From assembly GCA_043228905.1 (NCBI GenBank), contig JBHGNT010000076.1, positions 43,731 to 107,730 of the forward strand: a stretch of 64,000 bases of DNA, read 5' to 3'. Both the position numbers and the translations under genes were made by a program. This document shows positions 24,801 to 39,100 of this stretch, piece by piece. The notes beneath the pieces are model-generated. The model ran no database searches and was not told the origin of the DNA. It saw only the letters and a program-made list of their open reading frames with translations. The DNA is from Azolla caroliniana (Eukaryota > Plantae > Polypodiophyta). Each line of letters begins with the position of its first letter. Positions within the stretch are counted from its first letter, which is position 1.

Positions 24801-27800
24801 CGAAATTACCAAATTTGAGGAGTGAGTTGAGGGGAGCCCTTGAGTAAATGAAAATGTTCATACCTGGCTCGTGTGATATCGGATTTTTGTGTTCAAACAT
24901 GCGATTCGAAGCTAACAACGCTAGCTATGATATGGAATTAAAAAATCAAGATTTTGAAACTCAGGTCGAGAGACATGACGAAAATACCAAATTTGAGTAG
25001 TGAGTTGAGAGGAGCCCTTGAGTAAATGAAAATGTTCATACCTGGCTCCTGTGATATCGGATTTTTGTGTTCAAACATGCGATTCGAAGCTAACAACGCT
25101 AGCTATGATATGGAATTAAAAAATCAAGATTTTGAAACTCAGGTCGAGAGACATGACGAAATTAGCAAATTTGAGGAGTGAGTTGAGAAGAGCTAGTAGG
25201 TAAATGAAAATGGTCATACCTAGCTCGTGTGATATCGGATTTTTGTGTTCAAACATGCGAAACGAAGCTAACAATGCTAGATACGATATGGAATTAAAAA
25301 ATCAAGATTTTGAAACTCAGGTCGAGAGACATGACGAAATTACCAAATTTGAGGAGTGAGTTGAGAAGAGCTAGTAGGTAAATTAAAATGTTCATACTTG
25401 GGTCGTGTGATATCGGATTTTTGTGTTCAAACATGCGATTCGAAGCTAACAACGCTAGCTATGATATGGAATTAAAAAATCAAGATTTTGAAACTCAGGT
25501 CGAGAGACATGACGAAATTACCAAATTTGAGGAGTGAGTTGAGAAGAGCTAGTAGGTAAATGAAAATGTTCATACCTGGCTCGTGTGATATCGGATTTTT
25601 GTGTTCAAACATGCGAAACGAAGCTAACAACGCTAGCTATGAGATAGAATTAAAAAATCAAGATTTTGAAACTCAGGTCGAGAGACATGTCGAAATTACC
25701 AAATTTGAGGAGTGAGTTGAGAAGAGCTAGTAGGTAAATGAAAATGTTCATACCTACCTCGTGTGATATCGGATTTTTGTTTTCAAACATGCGAAACGAA
25801 GCTAACAATGCTAGATACGATGTGGAATTAAAAAATCAAGATTTTGAAACTCAGGTCGAGAGACATGACGAAATTACCAAATTTGAGGAGTGAGTTGAGG
25901 GGAGCCCTTGAGTAAATGAAAATGTTCATACCTGGCTCGTGTGATATCGGATTTTTGTGTTCAAACATGCGATTCGAAGCTAACAACGCTAGCTATGATA
26001 TGGAATTAAAAAATCAAGATTTTGAAACTCAGGTCGAGAGACATGATGAAATTAGCAAATTTGAGGAGTGAGTTGAGGGGAGCCCTTGAGTAAATGAAAA
26101 TGTTCATACCTACCTCGTGTGATATCGGATTTTTGTTTTCAAACATGCGAAACGAAGCTAACAATGCTAGATACGATATGGAATTAAAAAATCAAGATTT
26201 TGAAACTCAGGTCGAGAGACATGACGAAATTACCAAATTTGAGGAGTGAGTTGAGGGGAGCCCTTGAGTAAATGAAAATGTTCATACCTGGCTCGTGTGA
26301 TATCGGATTTTTGTGTTCAAACATGCGATTCGAAGCTAACAACGCTAGCTATGATATGGAATTAAAAAATCAAGATTTTGAAACTCAGGTCGAGAGACAT
26401 GATGAAATTAGCAAATTTGAGGAGTGAGTTGAGGGGAGCCCTTGAGTAAATGAAAATGTTCATACCTGGCTCGTGTGATATCGGATTTTTGTGTTCAAAC
26501 ATGCGATTCGAAGCTAACAACGCTAGCTATGATATGGAATTAAAAAATCAAGATTTTGAAACTCAGGTCGAGAGACATGACGAAATTACCAAATTTGAGG
26601 AGTGAGTTGAGAAGAGCTAGTAGGTAAATTAAAATGTTCATACCTGGCTCGTGTGATATCGGATTTTTGTGTTCAAACATGCGAAACGAAGCTAACATCG
26701 CTAGCTATGATATGAAATTAAAAAGTCAAGATTTTGAAACTCAGGTCGAGAGACATGACGAAATTAGCAAATTTGAGGAGTGAGTTGAGAGGAGCCCTTG
26801 AGTAAATGAAAATGTTCATACCTAGCTCGTGTGATATCGGATTTTTGTGTTCAAACATGCGAAACGAAGCTAACAATGCTAGATACGATATGGAATTAAA
26901 AAATCAAGATTTTGAAACTCAGGTCGAGAGACATGACGAAATTACCAAATTTGAGGAGTGAGTTGAGAAGAGCTAGTAGGTAAATGAAAATGTTCATACC
27001 TAGCTCGTGTGATATCGGATTTTTGTGTTCAAACATGCGAAACGAAGCTAACAATGCTAGATACGATATGGAATTAAAAAATCAAGATTTTGAAACTCAG
27101 GTCGAGAGACATGACGAAATTAGCAAATTTGAGGAGTGAGTTGAGGGGAGCCCTTGAGTAAATGAAAATGTTCATACCTGGCTCGTGTGATATCGGATTT
27201 TTGTGTTCAAACATGCGATTCGAAGCTAACAACGCTAGCTATGATATGGAATTAAAAAATCAAGATTTTGAAACTCAGGTCGAGAGACATGATGAAATTA
27301 GCAAATTTGAGGAGTGAGTTGAGGGGAGCCCTTGAGTAAATGAAAATGTTCATACCTGGCTCGTGTGATATCGGATTTTTGTGTTCAAACATGCGATTCG
27401 AAGCTAACAACGCTAGCTATGATATGGAATTAAAAAATCAAGATTTTGAAACTCAGGTCGAAAGACATGACGAAATTAGCAAATTTGAGGAGTGAGTTGA
27501 GAAGAGCTAGTAGGTAAATTAAAATGTTCATACCTGGCTCGTGTGATATCGGATTTTTGTGTTCAAACATGCGAAACGAAGCTAACATCGCTAGCTATGA
27601 TATGAAATTAAAAAGTCAAGATTTTGAAACTCAGGTCGAGAGACATGATGAAATTAGCAAATTTGAGGAGTGAGTTCAGGGGAGCCCTTGAGTAAATGAA
27701 AATGTTCATACCTGGCTCGTGTGATATCGGATTTTTGTGTTCAAACATGCGATTCGAAGCTAACAACGCTAGCTATGATATGGAATTAAAAAATCAAGAT

Positions 27801-28962
27801 TTTGAAACTCAGGTCGAGAGACATGACGAAATTAGCAAATTTGAGGAGTGAGTTGAGAAGAGCTAGTAGGTAAATGAAAATGTTCCTACCTGGCTCGTGT
27901 GATATCTGCTTTTTGTGTTCAAACATGCGAAACGAAGCTAACATCGCTAGCTATGATATGAAATTAAAAAGTCAAGATTTTGAAACTCAGGTCGAGAGAC
28001 ATGACGAAATTAGCAAATTTGAGGAGTGAGTTGAGAGGAGCCCTTGAGTAAATGAAAATGTTCATACCTGGCTCGTGTGATATCGGATTTTTGTGTTCAA
28101 ACATGCGATTCGAAGCTAACAACGCTAGCTATGATATGGAATTAAAAAATCATGATTTTGAAACTCAGGTCGAGAGACATGACGAAATTACCAAATTTGA
28201 GGAGTGAGTTGAGAAGAGCTAGTAGGTAAATGAAAATGTTCATACCTAGCTCGTGTGATATCGGATTTTTGTGTTCAAACATGCGAAACGAAGCTAACAA
28301 TGCTAGATACGATATGGAATTAAAAAATCAAGATTTTGAAACTCAGGTCGAGAGACATGACGAAATTACCAAATTTGAGGAGTGAGTTGAGGGGAGCCCT
28401 TGAGTAAATGAAAATGTTCATACCTGGCTCGTGTGATATCGGATTTTTGTGTTCAAACATGCGATTCGAAGCTAACAACGCTAGCTATGATATGGAATTA
28501 AAAAATCAAGATTTTGAAACTCAGGTCGAGAGACATGACGAAAATACCAAATTTGAGTAGTGAGTTGAGAGGAGCCCTTGAGTAAATGAAAATGTTCATA
28601 CCTGGCTCCTGTGATATCGGATTTTTGTGTTCAAACATGCGATTCGAAGCTAACAACGCTAGCTATGATATGGAATTAAAAAATCAAGATTTTGAAACTC
28701 AGGTCGAGAGACATGACGAAATTAGCAAATTTGAGGAGTGAGTTGAGAAGAGCTAGTAGGTAAATGAAAATGGTCATACCTAGCTCGTGTGATATCGGAT
28801 TTTTGTGTTCAAACATGCGAAACGAAGCTAACAATGCTAGATACGATATGGAATTAAAAAATCAAGATTTTGAAACTCAGGTCGAGAGACATGACGAAAT
28901 TACCAAATTTGAGGAGTGAGTTGAGAAGAGCTAGTAGGTAAATTAAAATGTTCATACTTGGG
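21843..28962 (+). repeat. 20-monomer tandem duplication (3560-bp unit: ~21843-25402 and ~25403-28962)
   Basis: AGAGACATGTCG at 22121/25681, ACGATGTGGA at 22257/25817, TGAGTTCAGG at 24111/27671, TGTTCCTACC..TCTGCT at 24321/27881. One mismatch seen (23218 C vs 26778 G). Confidence 0.93.
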
Positions 28963-31900
28963 TCGTGTGATATCAGATTTTTGTGTTCAAACATGCGATT
29001 CGAAGCTAACAACGCTAGCTATGATATGGAATTAAAAAATCAAGATTTTGAAACTCAGGTCGAGGGACATGACGAAATTACCAAATTTGTGGAGTGAGTT
29101 GAGAAGAGCTAGTAGGTAAATTAAAATGTTCATACCTGGCTCGTGTGATATCGGATTTTTGTGTTCAAACATGCGAAACGAAGCTAACAACGCTAGCTAT
29201 GATATGAAATTAAAAGATGAAGATTTTGAAACTCAGGTCGAGAGACATGACGAAATTACCAAATTTGAGTAGTGAGTTGAGAGGAGCCCTTGAGTAAATG
29301 AAAATGGTCATACCTGGCTCGTGTGATATCGGATTTTTGTGTTCAAACATGCGAAACGAAGGTAACAATGCTAGATACGATATGGAATTAAAAAATCAAG
29401 ATTTTGAAACTCAGGTCGAGAGACATGACCAAATTACCAAATTTGAGGAGTGAGTTGAGAAGAGCTAGTAGGTAAATTAAAATGTTCATACTTGGTCATA
29501 CCTGGCTCGTGTGATATCGGATATTTGTGTTCAAACATGCGAAACGAAGGTAACAATGCTAGATACGATATGGAATTAAAAAATCAAGATTTTGAAACTC
29601 AGGTCGAGAGACATGACCAAATTACCAAATTTGAGGAGTGAGTTGAGAAGAGCTAGTAGGTAAATTAAAATGTTCATACTTGGTTCGTGTGATATCGGAT
29701 TTTTGTGTTCAAACATGCCAATCGAAGCTAACAACGCTAGCTATGATATGAAATTAAAAGATCAAGATTTTGAAACTCAGGTCGAGAGACATGACGAAAT
29801 TACCAAATTTGAGGAGTGAGTTGAGAAGAGCTAGTAGGTAAATTAAAATGTTCATACCTGGCTCTTGTGATATCCGATTTTTGTGTTCAAACATGCGAAA
29901 CGAAGCTAACAATGCTAGATACGATATGGAATTAAAAAATCAAGATTTTGAAACTCAGGTCGAGAGACATGACGAAATTACCAAATTTGAGGAGTGAGTT
30001 GAGAAGAGCTAGTAGGTAAATTAAAATGTTCATACCTGGGTCGTGTGATATCGGATTTTTGTGTTCAAACATGCGAAACGAAGCTAACAATGCTAGATAC
30101 GATATGGAATTAAAAAATCAAGATTTTGAAACTCAGGTCGAGAGACATGACCAAATTACCAAATTTGAGGAGTGAGTTGAGAAGAGCTAGTAGGTAAATT
30201 AAAATGTTCATACTTGGTCATACCTGGCTCGTGTGATATCGGATTTTTGTGTTCAAACATGTGAAACGAAGGTAACAATGCTAGATACGATATGGAATTA
30301 AAAAATCAAGATTTTGAAACTCAGGTCGAGAGACATGACGAAATTACCAAATTTGAGGAGTGAGTTGAGAAGAGCTAGTAGGTAAATTAAAATGTTCATA
30401 CCTGGCTCGTGTGATATCGGATTTTTGTGTTCAAACATGCGAGACGAAGCTAACATCGCTAGCTATGATATGAAATTAAAAAGTCAAGATTTTGAAACTC
30501 AGGTCGAGAGACATGACGAAATTACCAAATTTGAGGAGTGAGTTGAGAAGAGCCCTTGAGTAAATGAAACTGTTCATACCTGGCTCGTGTGATATCGGAT
30601 TTCTGTGTTCAAACATGCGAAACGAAGCTAACATCGCTAGCTATGATATGAAATTAAAAGATCAAGATTTTGAAACTCAGGTCGAGAGACATGACGAAAA
30701 TACCAAATTTGAGTAGTGAGTTGAGAGGAGCCCTTGAGTAAATGAAAATGTTCATACCTGGCTCGTGTGATATCGGATTTTTGTGTTCAAACATGCGATT
30801 CGAAGCTAACAACGCTAGCTATGATATGGAATTAAAAAATCAAGATTTTGAAACTCAGGTCGAGAGAAATGATGAAATTAGCAAATTTGAGGAGTGAGTT
30901 GAGAAGAGCTAGTAGGTAAATGAAAATGGTCATACCTAGTTCGTGTGATATCGGATTTTTGTGTTCAAACATGCGAAACGAAGCTAACAATGCTAGATAC
31001 GATATGGAATTAAAAAATCAAGAATTTGAAACTCAGGTCGAGAGACATGACGAAATTACCAAATTTGAGGAGTGAGTTGAGGGGAGCCCTTGAGTAAATG
31101 AAAATGGTCATACCTGGCTCGTGTGATATCGGATTTTTGTGTTCAAACATGCGAAACGAAGCTAACAACGCTAGCTATGATATGGAATTAAAAGATCAAG
31201 ATTTTGAAACTCAGGTCGAGAGACATGACGAAATTACCAAATTTGAGTAGAGAGTTGAGAGGAGTCCTTGAGTAAATAAAAATGTTCATACCTGGTTCGT
31301 GTGATATCGGATTTTTGTGTTCAAACATGCGATTCGAAGCTAACAACGCTAGCTATGATATGGAATTAAAAAATCAAGATTTTGAAACTCAGGTCAAGAG
31401 ACATGAAGAAATTAGCAAATTAGAGGAGGGAGTGGAGAAGAGCCCGTTCGGAAATGAAAATGTTCCTACCTGGCTCGTGTGATATCTGCTTTTTGTGTTC
31501 AAACATGCGAATCGAAGCAAACAAAGCTAGCTATGATATAGAATTAAAAAATCAAGATTTTGAAACTCAGGTCGAGAGACATGACGAAATTAGCAAATTT
31601 GAGGAGTGAGTTGAGAAGAGCTAGTAGGTAAATTAAAATGTTCATACCTGGCTCGTGTGATATCGGATTTTTGTGTTCAAACATGCGAAACGAAGCTAAC
31701 AACGCTACCTATGATATGAAATTAAAAGATCAAGATTTTGAAACTCAGGTCGAGAGACATGACGAAATTACCAAATTTGAGGAGTGAGTTGAGAAGAGCT
31801 AGTAGGTAAATGAAAATGTTCATACCTAGCTCGTGTGATATCGGATTTTTGTGTTCAAACATGCGAAACGAAGCTAACAACGCTAGTTACGATATGGAAT

Positions 31901-32669
31901 TAAAAAATCAAGATTTTGAAACTCAGGTCGAGAGACATGACGAAATTACCAAATTTGAGTAGTGAGTTGAGAGGAGCCCTTGAGTAAATGAAAATGTTCA
32001 TACCTGGCTCGTGTGATATCGGATTTTTGTGTTCAAACATGCGATTCGAAGCTAACAACGCTAGCTATGATATGGAATTAAAAAATCAAGATTTTGAAAC
32101 TCAGGTCGAGAGACATGACGAAATTACCAAATTTGAGGAGTGAGTTGAGAAGAGCTAGTAGGTAAATGAAAATGTTCATACCTGGCTCGTGTGATATCGG
32201 ATTTTTGTGTTCAAACATGCGAAACGAAGCTAACAACGCTAGCTATGAGATAGAATTAAAAAATCAAGATTTTGAAACTCAGGTTGAGAGACATGATGAA
32301 ATTAGCAAATTTGAGTAGTGAGTTGAGGGGAGCCCTTGAGTAAATGAAAATGTTCATACCTGGCTCGTGTGATATCGGATTTTTGTGTTCAAACATGCGA
32401 TTCGAAGCTAACAACGCTAGCTATGATATGGAATTAAAAAATCAAGATTTTGAAACTCAGGTCGAGAGACATGACGAAATTACCAAATTTGAGGAGTGAG
32501 TTGAGAAGAGCTAGTAGGTAAATTAAAATGTTCATACCTGGCTCGTGTGATATCGGATTTTTGTGTTCAAACATGCGAAACGAAGCTAACATCGCTAGCT
32601 ATGATATGAAATTAAAAAGTCAAGATTTTGAAACTCAGGTCGAGAGACATGACGAAATTAGCAAATTTG

Positions 32670-34450
32670 AGGAGTGAGTTGAGAGGAGCCCTTGAGTAAA
32701 TGAAAATGTTCATACCTGGCTCGTGTGATATCGGATTTTTGTGTTCAAACATGCGATTCGAAGCTAACAACGCTAGCTATGATATGGAATTAAAAAATCA
32801 AGATTTTGAAACTCAGGTCGAGAGACATGACGAAATTACCAAATTTGAGGAGTGAGTTGAGAAGAGCTAGTAGGTAAATGAAAATGTTCATACCTAGCTC
32901 GTGTGATATCGGATTTTTGTGTTCAAACATGCGAAACGAAGCTAACAATGCTAGATACGATATGGAATTAAAAAATCAAGATTTTGAAACTCAGGTCGAG
33001 AGACATGACGAAATTACCAAATTTGAGGAGTGAGTTGAGAAGAGCTAGTAGGTAAATTAAAATGTTCATACTTGGGTCGTGTGATATCAGATTTTTGTGT
33101 TCAAACATGCGATTCGAAGCTAACAACGCTAGCTATGATATGGAATTAAAAAATCAAGATTTTGAAACTCAGGTCGAGGGACATGACGAAATTACCAAAT
33201 TTGAGGAGTGAGTTGAGAAGAGCTAGTAGGTAAATTAAAATGTTCATACCTGGCTCATGTGATATCGGATTTTTGTGTTCAAACATGCGAAACGAAGGTA
33301 ACAATGCTACCTATGATATGAAATTAAAAGATCAAGATTTTGAAACTCAGGTCGAGAGACATGACGAAATTACCAAATTTGAGTAGTGAGTTGAGAGCAG
33401 CCCTTGAGTAAATGAAAATGTTCATACCTGGCTCGTGTGATATCGGATTTTTGTGTTCAAACATGCGAATCGAAGCTAACAACGCTAGCTATGAGATAGA
33501 ATTAAAAAACTCAAGATTTTGAAACTCAGGTCGAGAGACATGACGAAATTAGCAAATTTGAGGAGTGAGTTGAGAGGAGCCCTTGAGTAAATGAAAATGT
33601 TCATACCTGGCTCGTGTGATATCGGATTTTTGTGTTCAAACATGCGATTCGAAGCTAACAACGCTAGCTATGATATGGAATTAAAAAATCAAGATTTTGA
33701 AACTCAGGTCGAGAGACATGACGAAATTACCAAATTTGAGGAGTGAGTTGAGAAGAGCTAGTAGGTAAATGAAAATGTTCATACCTAGCTCGTGTGATAT
33801 CGGATTTTTGTGTTCAAACATGCGAAACGAAGCTAACAATGCTAGATACGATATGGAATTAAAAAATCAAGATTTTGAAACTCAGGTCGAGAGACATGAC
33901 GAAATTACCAAATTTGAGGAGTGTGTTGAGAAGAGCTAGTAGGTAAATTAAAATGTTCATACTTGGGTCGTGTGATATCAGATTTTTGTGTTCAAACATG
34001 CGATTCGAAGCTAACAACGCTAGCTATGATATGGAATTAAAAAATCAAGATTTTGAAACTCAGGTCGAGGGACATGACGAAATTACCAAATTTGAGGAGT
34101 GAGTTGAGAAGAGCTAGTAGGTAAATTAAAATGTTCATACCTGGCTCATGTGATATCGGATTTTTGTGTTCAAACATGCGAAACGAAGGTAACAATGCTA
34201 CCTATGATATGAAATTAAAAGATCAAGATTTTGAAACTCAGGTCGAGAGACATGACGAAATTACCAAATTTGAGTAGTGAGTTGAGAGCAGCCCTTGAGT
34301 AAATGAAAATGTTCATACCTGGCTCGTGTGATATCGGATTTTTGTGTTCAAACATGCGAATCGAAGCTAACAACGCTAGCTATGAGATAGAATTAAAAAA
34401 CTCAAGATTTTGAAACTCAGGTCGAGAGACATGACGAAATTAGCAAATTT
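32670..34450 (+). repeat. 5-monomer tandem duplication (891-bp unit = 5x178+1)
   Basis: TGGCTCATGT at 33251/34142; GAGAGCAGCCC and AAAAAACTCAAG variants repeat at offset 891. Boundaries approximate. Confidence 0.85.
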
Positions 34451-36184
34451 GAGTAGTGAGTTGAGGGGAGCCCTTGAGTAAATGAAAATGTTCCTACCTG
34501 GCTCGTGTGATATCGGATTTTTGTGTTCAAACATGCGATTCGAAGCTAACAACGCTAGCTATGATATGGAATTAAAAAATCAAGATTTTGAAACTCAGGT
34601 CGAGAGACATGACGAAATTACCAAATTTGAGGAGTGAGTTGAGAAGAGCTAGTAGGTAAATGAAAATGTTCATACCTAGCTCGTGTGATATCGGATTTTT
34701 ATGTTCAAACATGCGAAACGAAGCTAACAACGCTAGCTACGATATGGAATTAAAAAATCAAGATTTTGAAACTCAGGTCGAGAGACATGACGAAATTACC
34801 AAATTTGAGGAGTGAGTTGAGAAGAGCTAGTAGGTAAATTAAAATGTTCATACTTGGGTCGTGTGATATCAGATTTTTGTGTTCAAACATGCGATTCGAA
34901 GCTAACAACGCTAGCTATGATATGGAATTAAAAAATCAAGATTTTGAAACTCAGGACGAGGGACATGACGAAATTACCAAATTTGAGGAGTGAGTTGAGA
35001 AGAGCTAGTAGGTAAATTAAAATGTTCATACCTGGCTCGTGTGATATCGGATTTTTGTGTTCAAACATGCGAAACGAAGCTAACAACGCTAGCTATGATA
35101 TGAAATTAAAAGATGAAGATTTTGAAACTCAGGTCGAGAGACATGACGAAATTAGCAAATTTGAGGAGTGAGTTGAGAAGAGCTAGTAGGTAAATTAAAA
35201 TGTTCATACCTGGCTCGTGTGATATCGGATTTTTGTGTTCAAACATGCGAAACGAAGCTAACAATGCTAGATACGATATGGAATTAAAAAATCAAGATTT
35301 TGAAACTCAGGTCGAGAGACATGACGAAATTACCAAATTTGAGGAGTGAGTTGAGAAGAGCTAGTAGGTAAATGAAAATGTTCATACCTAGCTCGTGTGA
35401 TATCGGATTTTTGTGTTCAAACATGCGAAACGAAGCTAACAATGCTAGTTACGATATGAAATTAAAAGATCAAGATTTTGAAACTCAGGTCGAGAGACAT
35501 GACGAAAATACCAAATTTGAGTAGTGAGTTGAGAGGAGCCCTTGAGTAAATGAAAATGTTCATACCTGGCTCGTGTGATATCGGATTTTTGTGTTCAAAC
35601 ATGCGATTCGAAGCTAACAACGCTAGCTATGATATGGAATTAAAAAATCAAGATTTTGAAACTCAGGTCGAGAGACATGACGAAATTACCAAATTTGAGG
35701 AGTGAGTTGAGAAGAGCTAGTAGGTAAATTAAAATGTTCATACCTGGCTCGTGTGATATCGGATTTTTGTGTTCAAACATGCGAAACGAAGCTAACAACG
35801 CTACCTATGATATGAAATTAAAAGATCAAGATTTTGAAACTCAGGTCGAGAGACATGACGAAATTACCAAATTTGAGGAGTGAGTTGAGAAGAGCTAGTA
35901 GGTAAATGAAAATGTTCATACCTAGCTCGTGTGATATCGGATTTTTGTGTTCAAACATGCGAAACGAAGCTAACAACGCTAGTTACGATATGGAATTAAA
36001 AAATCAAGATTTTGAAACTCAGGTCGAGAGACATGACGAAATTACCAAATTTGAGTAGTGAGTTGAGAGGAGCCCTTGAGTAAATGAAAATGTTCATACC
36101 TGGCTCGTGTGATATCGGATTTTTGTGTTCAAACATGCGATTCGAAGCTAACAACGCTAGCTATGATATGGAATTAAAAAATTC

Positions 36185-39100
36185 AAGATTTTGAAACTCA
36201 GGTCGAGAGACATGACGAAATTACCAAATTTGAGGAGTGAGTTGAGAAGAGCTAGTAGGTAAATGAAAATGTTCATACCTAGCTCGTGTGATATCGGATT
36301 TTTGTGTTCAAACATGCGAAACGAAGCTAACAACGCTAGCTACGATATGGAATTAAAAAATCAAGATTTTGAAACTCAGGTCGAGAGACATGACGAAATT
36401 ACCAAATTTGAGGAGTGAGTTGAGAAGAGCTAGTAGGTAAATTAAAATGTTCATACTTGGGTCGTGTGATATCAGATTTTTGTGTTCAAACATGCGATTC
36501 GAAGCTAACAACGCTAGCTATGATATGGAATTAAAAAATCAAGATTTTGAAACTCAGGACGAGGGACATGACGAAATTACCAAATTTGAGGAGTGAGTTG
36601 AGAAGAGCTAGTAGGTAAATTAAAATGTTCATACCTGGCTCGTGTGATATCGGATTTTTGTGTTCAAACATGCGAAACGAAGCTAACAACGCTAGCTATG
36701 ATATGAAATTAAAAGATGAAGATTTTGAAACTCAGGTCGAGAGACATGACGAAATTAGCAAATTTGAGGAGTGAGTTGAGAAGAGCTAGTAGGTAAATTA
36801 AAATGTTCATACCTGGCTCGTGTGATATCGGATTTTTGTGTTCAAACATGCGAAACGAAGCTAACAATGCTAGATACGATATGGAATTAAAAAATCAAGA
36901 TTTTGAAACTCAGGTTGAGAGACATGACGAAATTACCAAATTTGAGGAGTGAGTTGAGAAGAGCTAGTAGGTAAATGAAAATGTTCATACCTAGCTCGTG
37001 TGATATCGGATTTTTGTGTTCAAACATGCGAAACGAAGCTAACAATGCTAGATACGATATGGAATTAAAAAATCAAGATTTTGAAACTCAGGTCGAGAGA
37101 CATGACGAAATTACCAAATTTGAGGAGTGAGTTGAGAAGAGCTAGTAGGTAAATTAAAATGTTCATACTTGGGTCGTGTGATATCAGATTTTTGTGTTCA
37201 AACATGCGATTCGAAGCTAACAACGCTAGCTATGATATGGAATTAAAAAATCAAGATTTTGAAACTCAGGTCGAGGGACATGACGAAATTACCAAATTTG
37301 TGGAGTGAGTTGAGAAGAGCTAGTAGGTAAATTAAAATGTTCATACCTGGCTCGTGTGATATCGGATTTTTGTGTTCAAACATGCGAAACGAAGCTAACA
37401 ACGCTAGCTATGATATGAAATTAAAAGATGAAGATTTTGAAACTCAGGTCGAGAGACATGACGAAATTACCAAATTTGAGTAGTGAGTTGAGAGGAGCCC
37501 TTGAGTAAATGAAAATGGTCATACCTGGCTCGTGTGATATCGGATTTTTGTGTTCAAACATGCGAAACGAAGCTAACAACGCTAGCTATGATATGAAATT
37601 AAAAGATGAAGATTTTGAAACTCAGGTCGAGAGACATGACGAAATTACCAAATTTGAGTAGTGAGTTGAGAGGAGCCCTTGAGTAAATGAAAATGGTCAT
37701 ACCTGGCTCGTGTGATATCGGATTTTTGTGTTCAAACATGCGAAACGAAGCTAACAATGCTAGATACGATATGGAATTAAAAAATCAAGATTTTGAAACT
37801 CAGGTCGAGAGACATGACGAAATTACCAAATTTGAGGAGTGAGTTGAGGGGAGCCCTTGAGTAAATGAAAATGTTCATACCTGGCTCGTGTGATATCGGA
37901 TTTTTGTGTTCAAACATGCGATTCGAAGCTAACAACGCTAGCTATGATATGGAATTAAAAAATCAAGATTTTGAAACTCAGGTCGAGAGACATGATGAAA
38001 TTAGCAAATTTGAGGAGTGAGTTGAGGGGAGCCCTTGAGTAAATGAAAATGTTCATACCTGGCTCGTGTGATATCGGATTTTTGTGTTCAAACATGCGAT
38101 TCGAAGCTAACAACGCTAGCTATGATATGGAATTAAAAAATCAAGATTTTGAAACTCAGGTCGAAAGACATGACGAAATTAGCAAATTTGAGGAGTGAGT
38201 TGAGAAGAGCTAGTAGGTAAATTAAAATGTTCATACCTGGCTCGTGTGATATCGGATTTTTGTGTTCAAACATGCGAAACGAAGCTAACATCGCTAGCTA
38301 TGATATGAAATTAAAAAGTCAAGATTTTGAAACTCAGGTCGAGAGACATGATGAAATTAGCAAATTTGAGGAGTGAGTTGAGGGGAGCCCTTGAGTAAAT
38401 GAAAATGTTCATACCTGGCTCGTGTGATATCGGATTTTTGTGTTCAAACATGCGATTCGAAGCTAACAACGCTAGCTATGATATGGAATTAAAAAATCAA
38501 GATTTTGAAACTCAGGTCGAGAGACATGACGAAATTAGCAAATTTGAGGAGTGAGTTGAGAAGAGCTAGTAGGTAAATTAAAATGTTCATACCTGGCTCG
38601 TGTGATATCGGATTTTTGTGTTCAAACATGCGAAACGAAGCTAACATCGCTAGCTATGATATGAAATTAAAAAGTCAAGATTTTGAAACTCAGGTCGAGA
38701 GACATGACGAAATTAGCAAATTTGAGGAGTGAGTTGAGAGGAGCCCTTGAGTAAATGAAAATGTTCATACCTGGCTCGTGTGATATCGGATTTTTGTGTT
38801 CAAACATGCGATTCGAAGCTAACAACGCTAGCTATGATATGGAATTAAAAAATCATGATTTTGAAACTCAGGTCGAGAGACATGACGAAATTACCAAATT
38901 TGAGGAGTGAGTTGAGAAGAGCTAGTAGGTAAATGAAAATGTTCATACCTAGCTCGTGTGATATCGGATTTTTGTGTTCAAACATGCGAAACGAAGCTAA
39001 CAATGCTAGATACGATATGGAATTAAAAAATCAAGATTTTGAAACTCAGGTCGAGAGACATGACGAAATTACCAAATTTGAGGAGTGAGTTGAGAAGAGC

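Larger units (their letters stand above)
15481..32280 (+). repeat. 37-monomer tandem duplication (6606-bp unit, junction ~22087-22118); second copy expanded to 57 monomers by a nested 20-mer duplication
   Basis: ACGATGTGGA at 15651/22257 (offset 6606 = 37x178+20). Distal markers lie at offset 10166 = 6606+3560: TTGTGGAG (G at 18923/29089), ACATGTGAAA (20091/30257), ATGCGAGACG (20271/30437). Confidence 0.88.
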
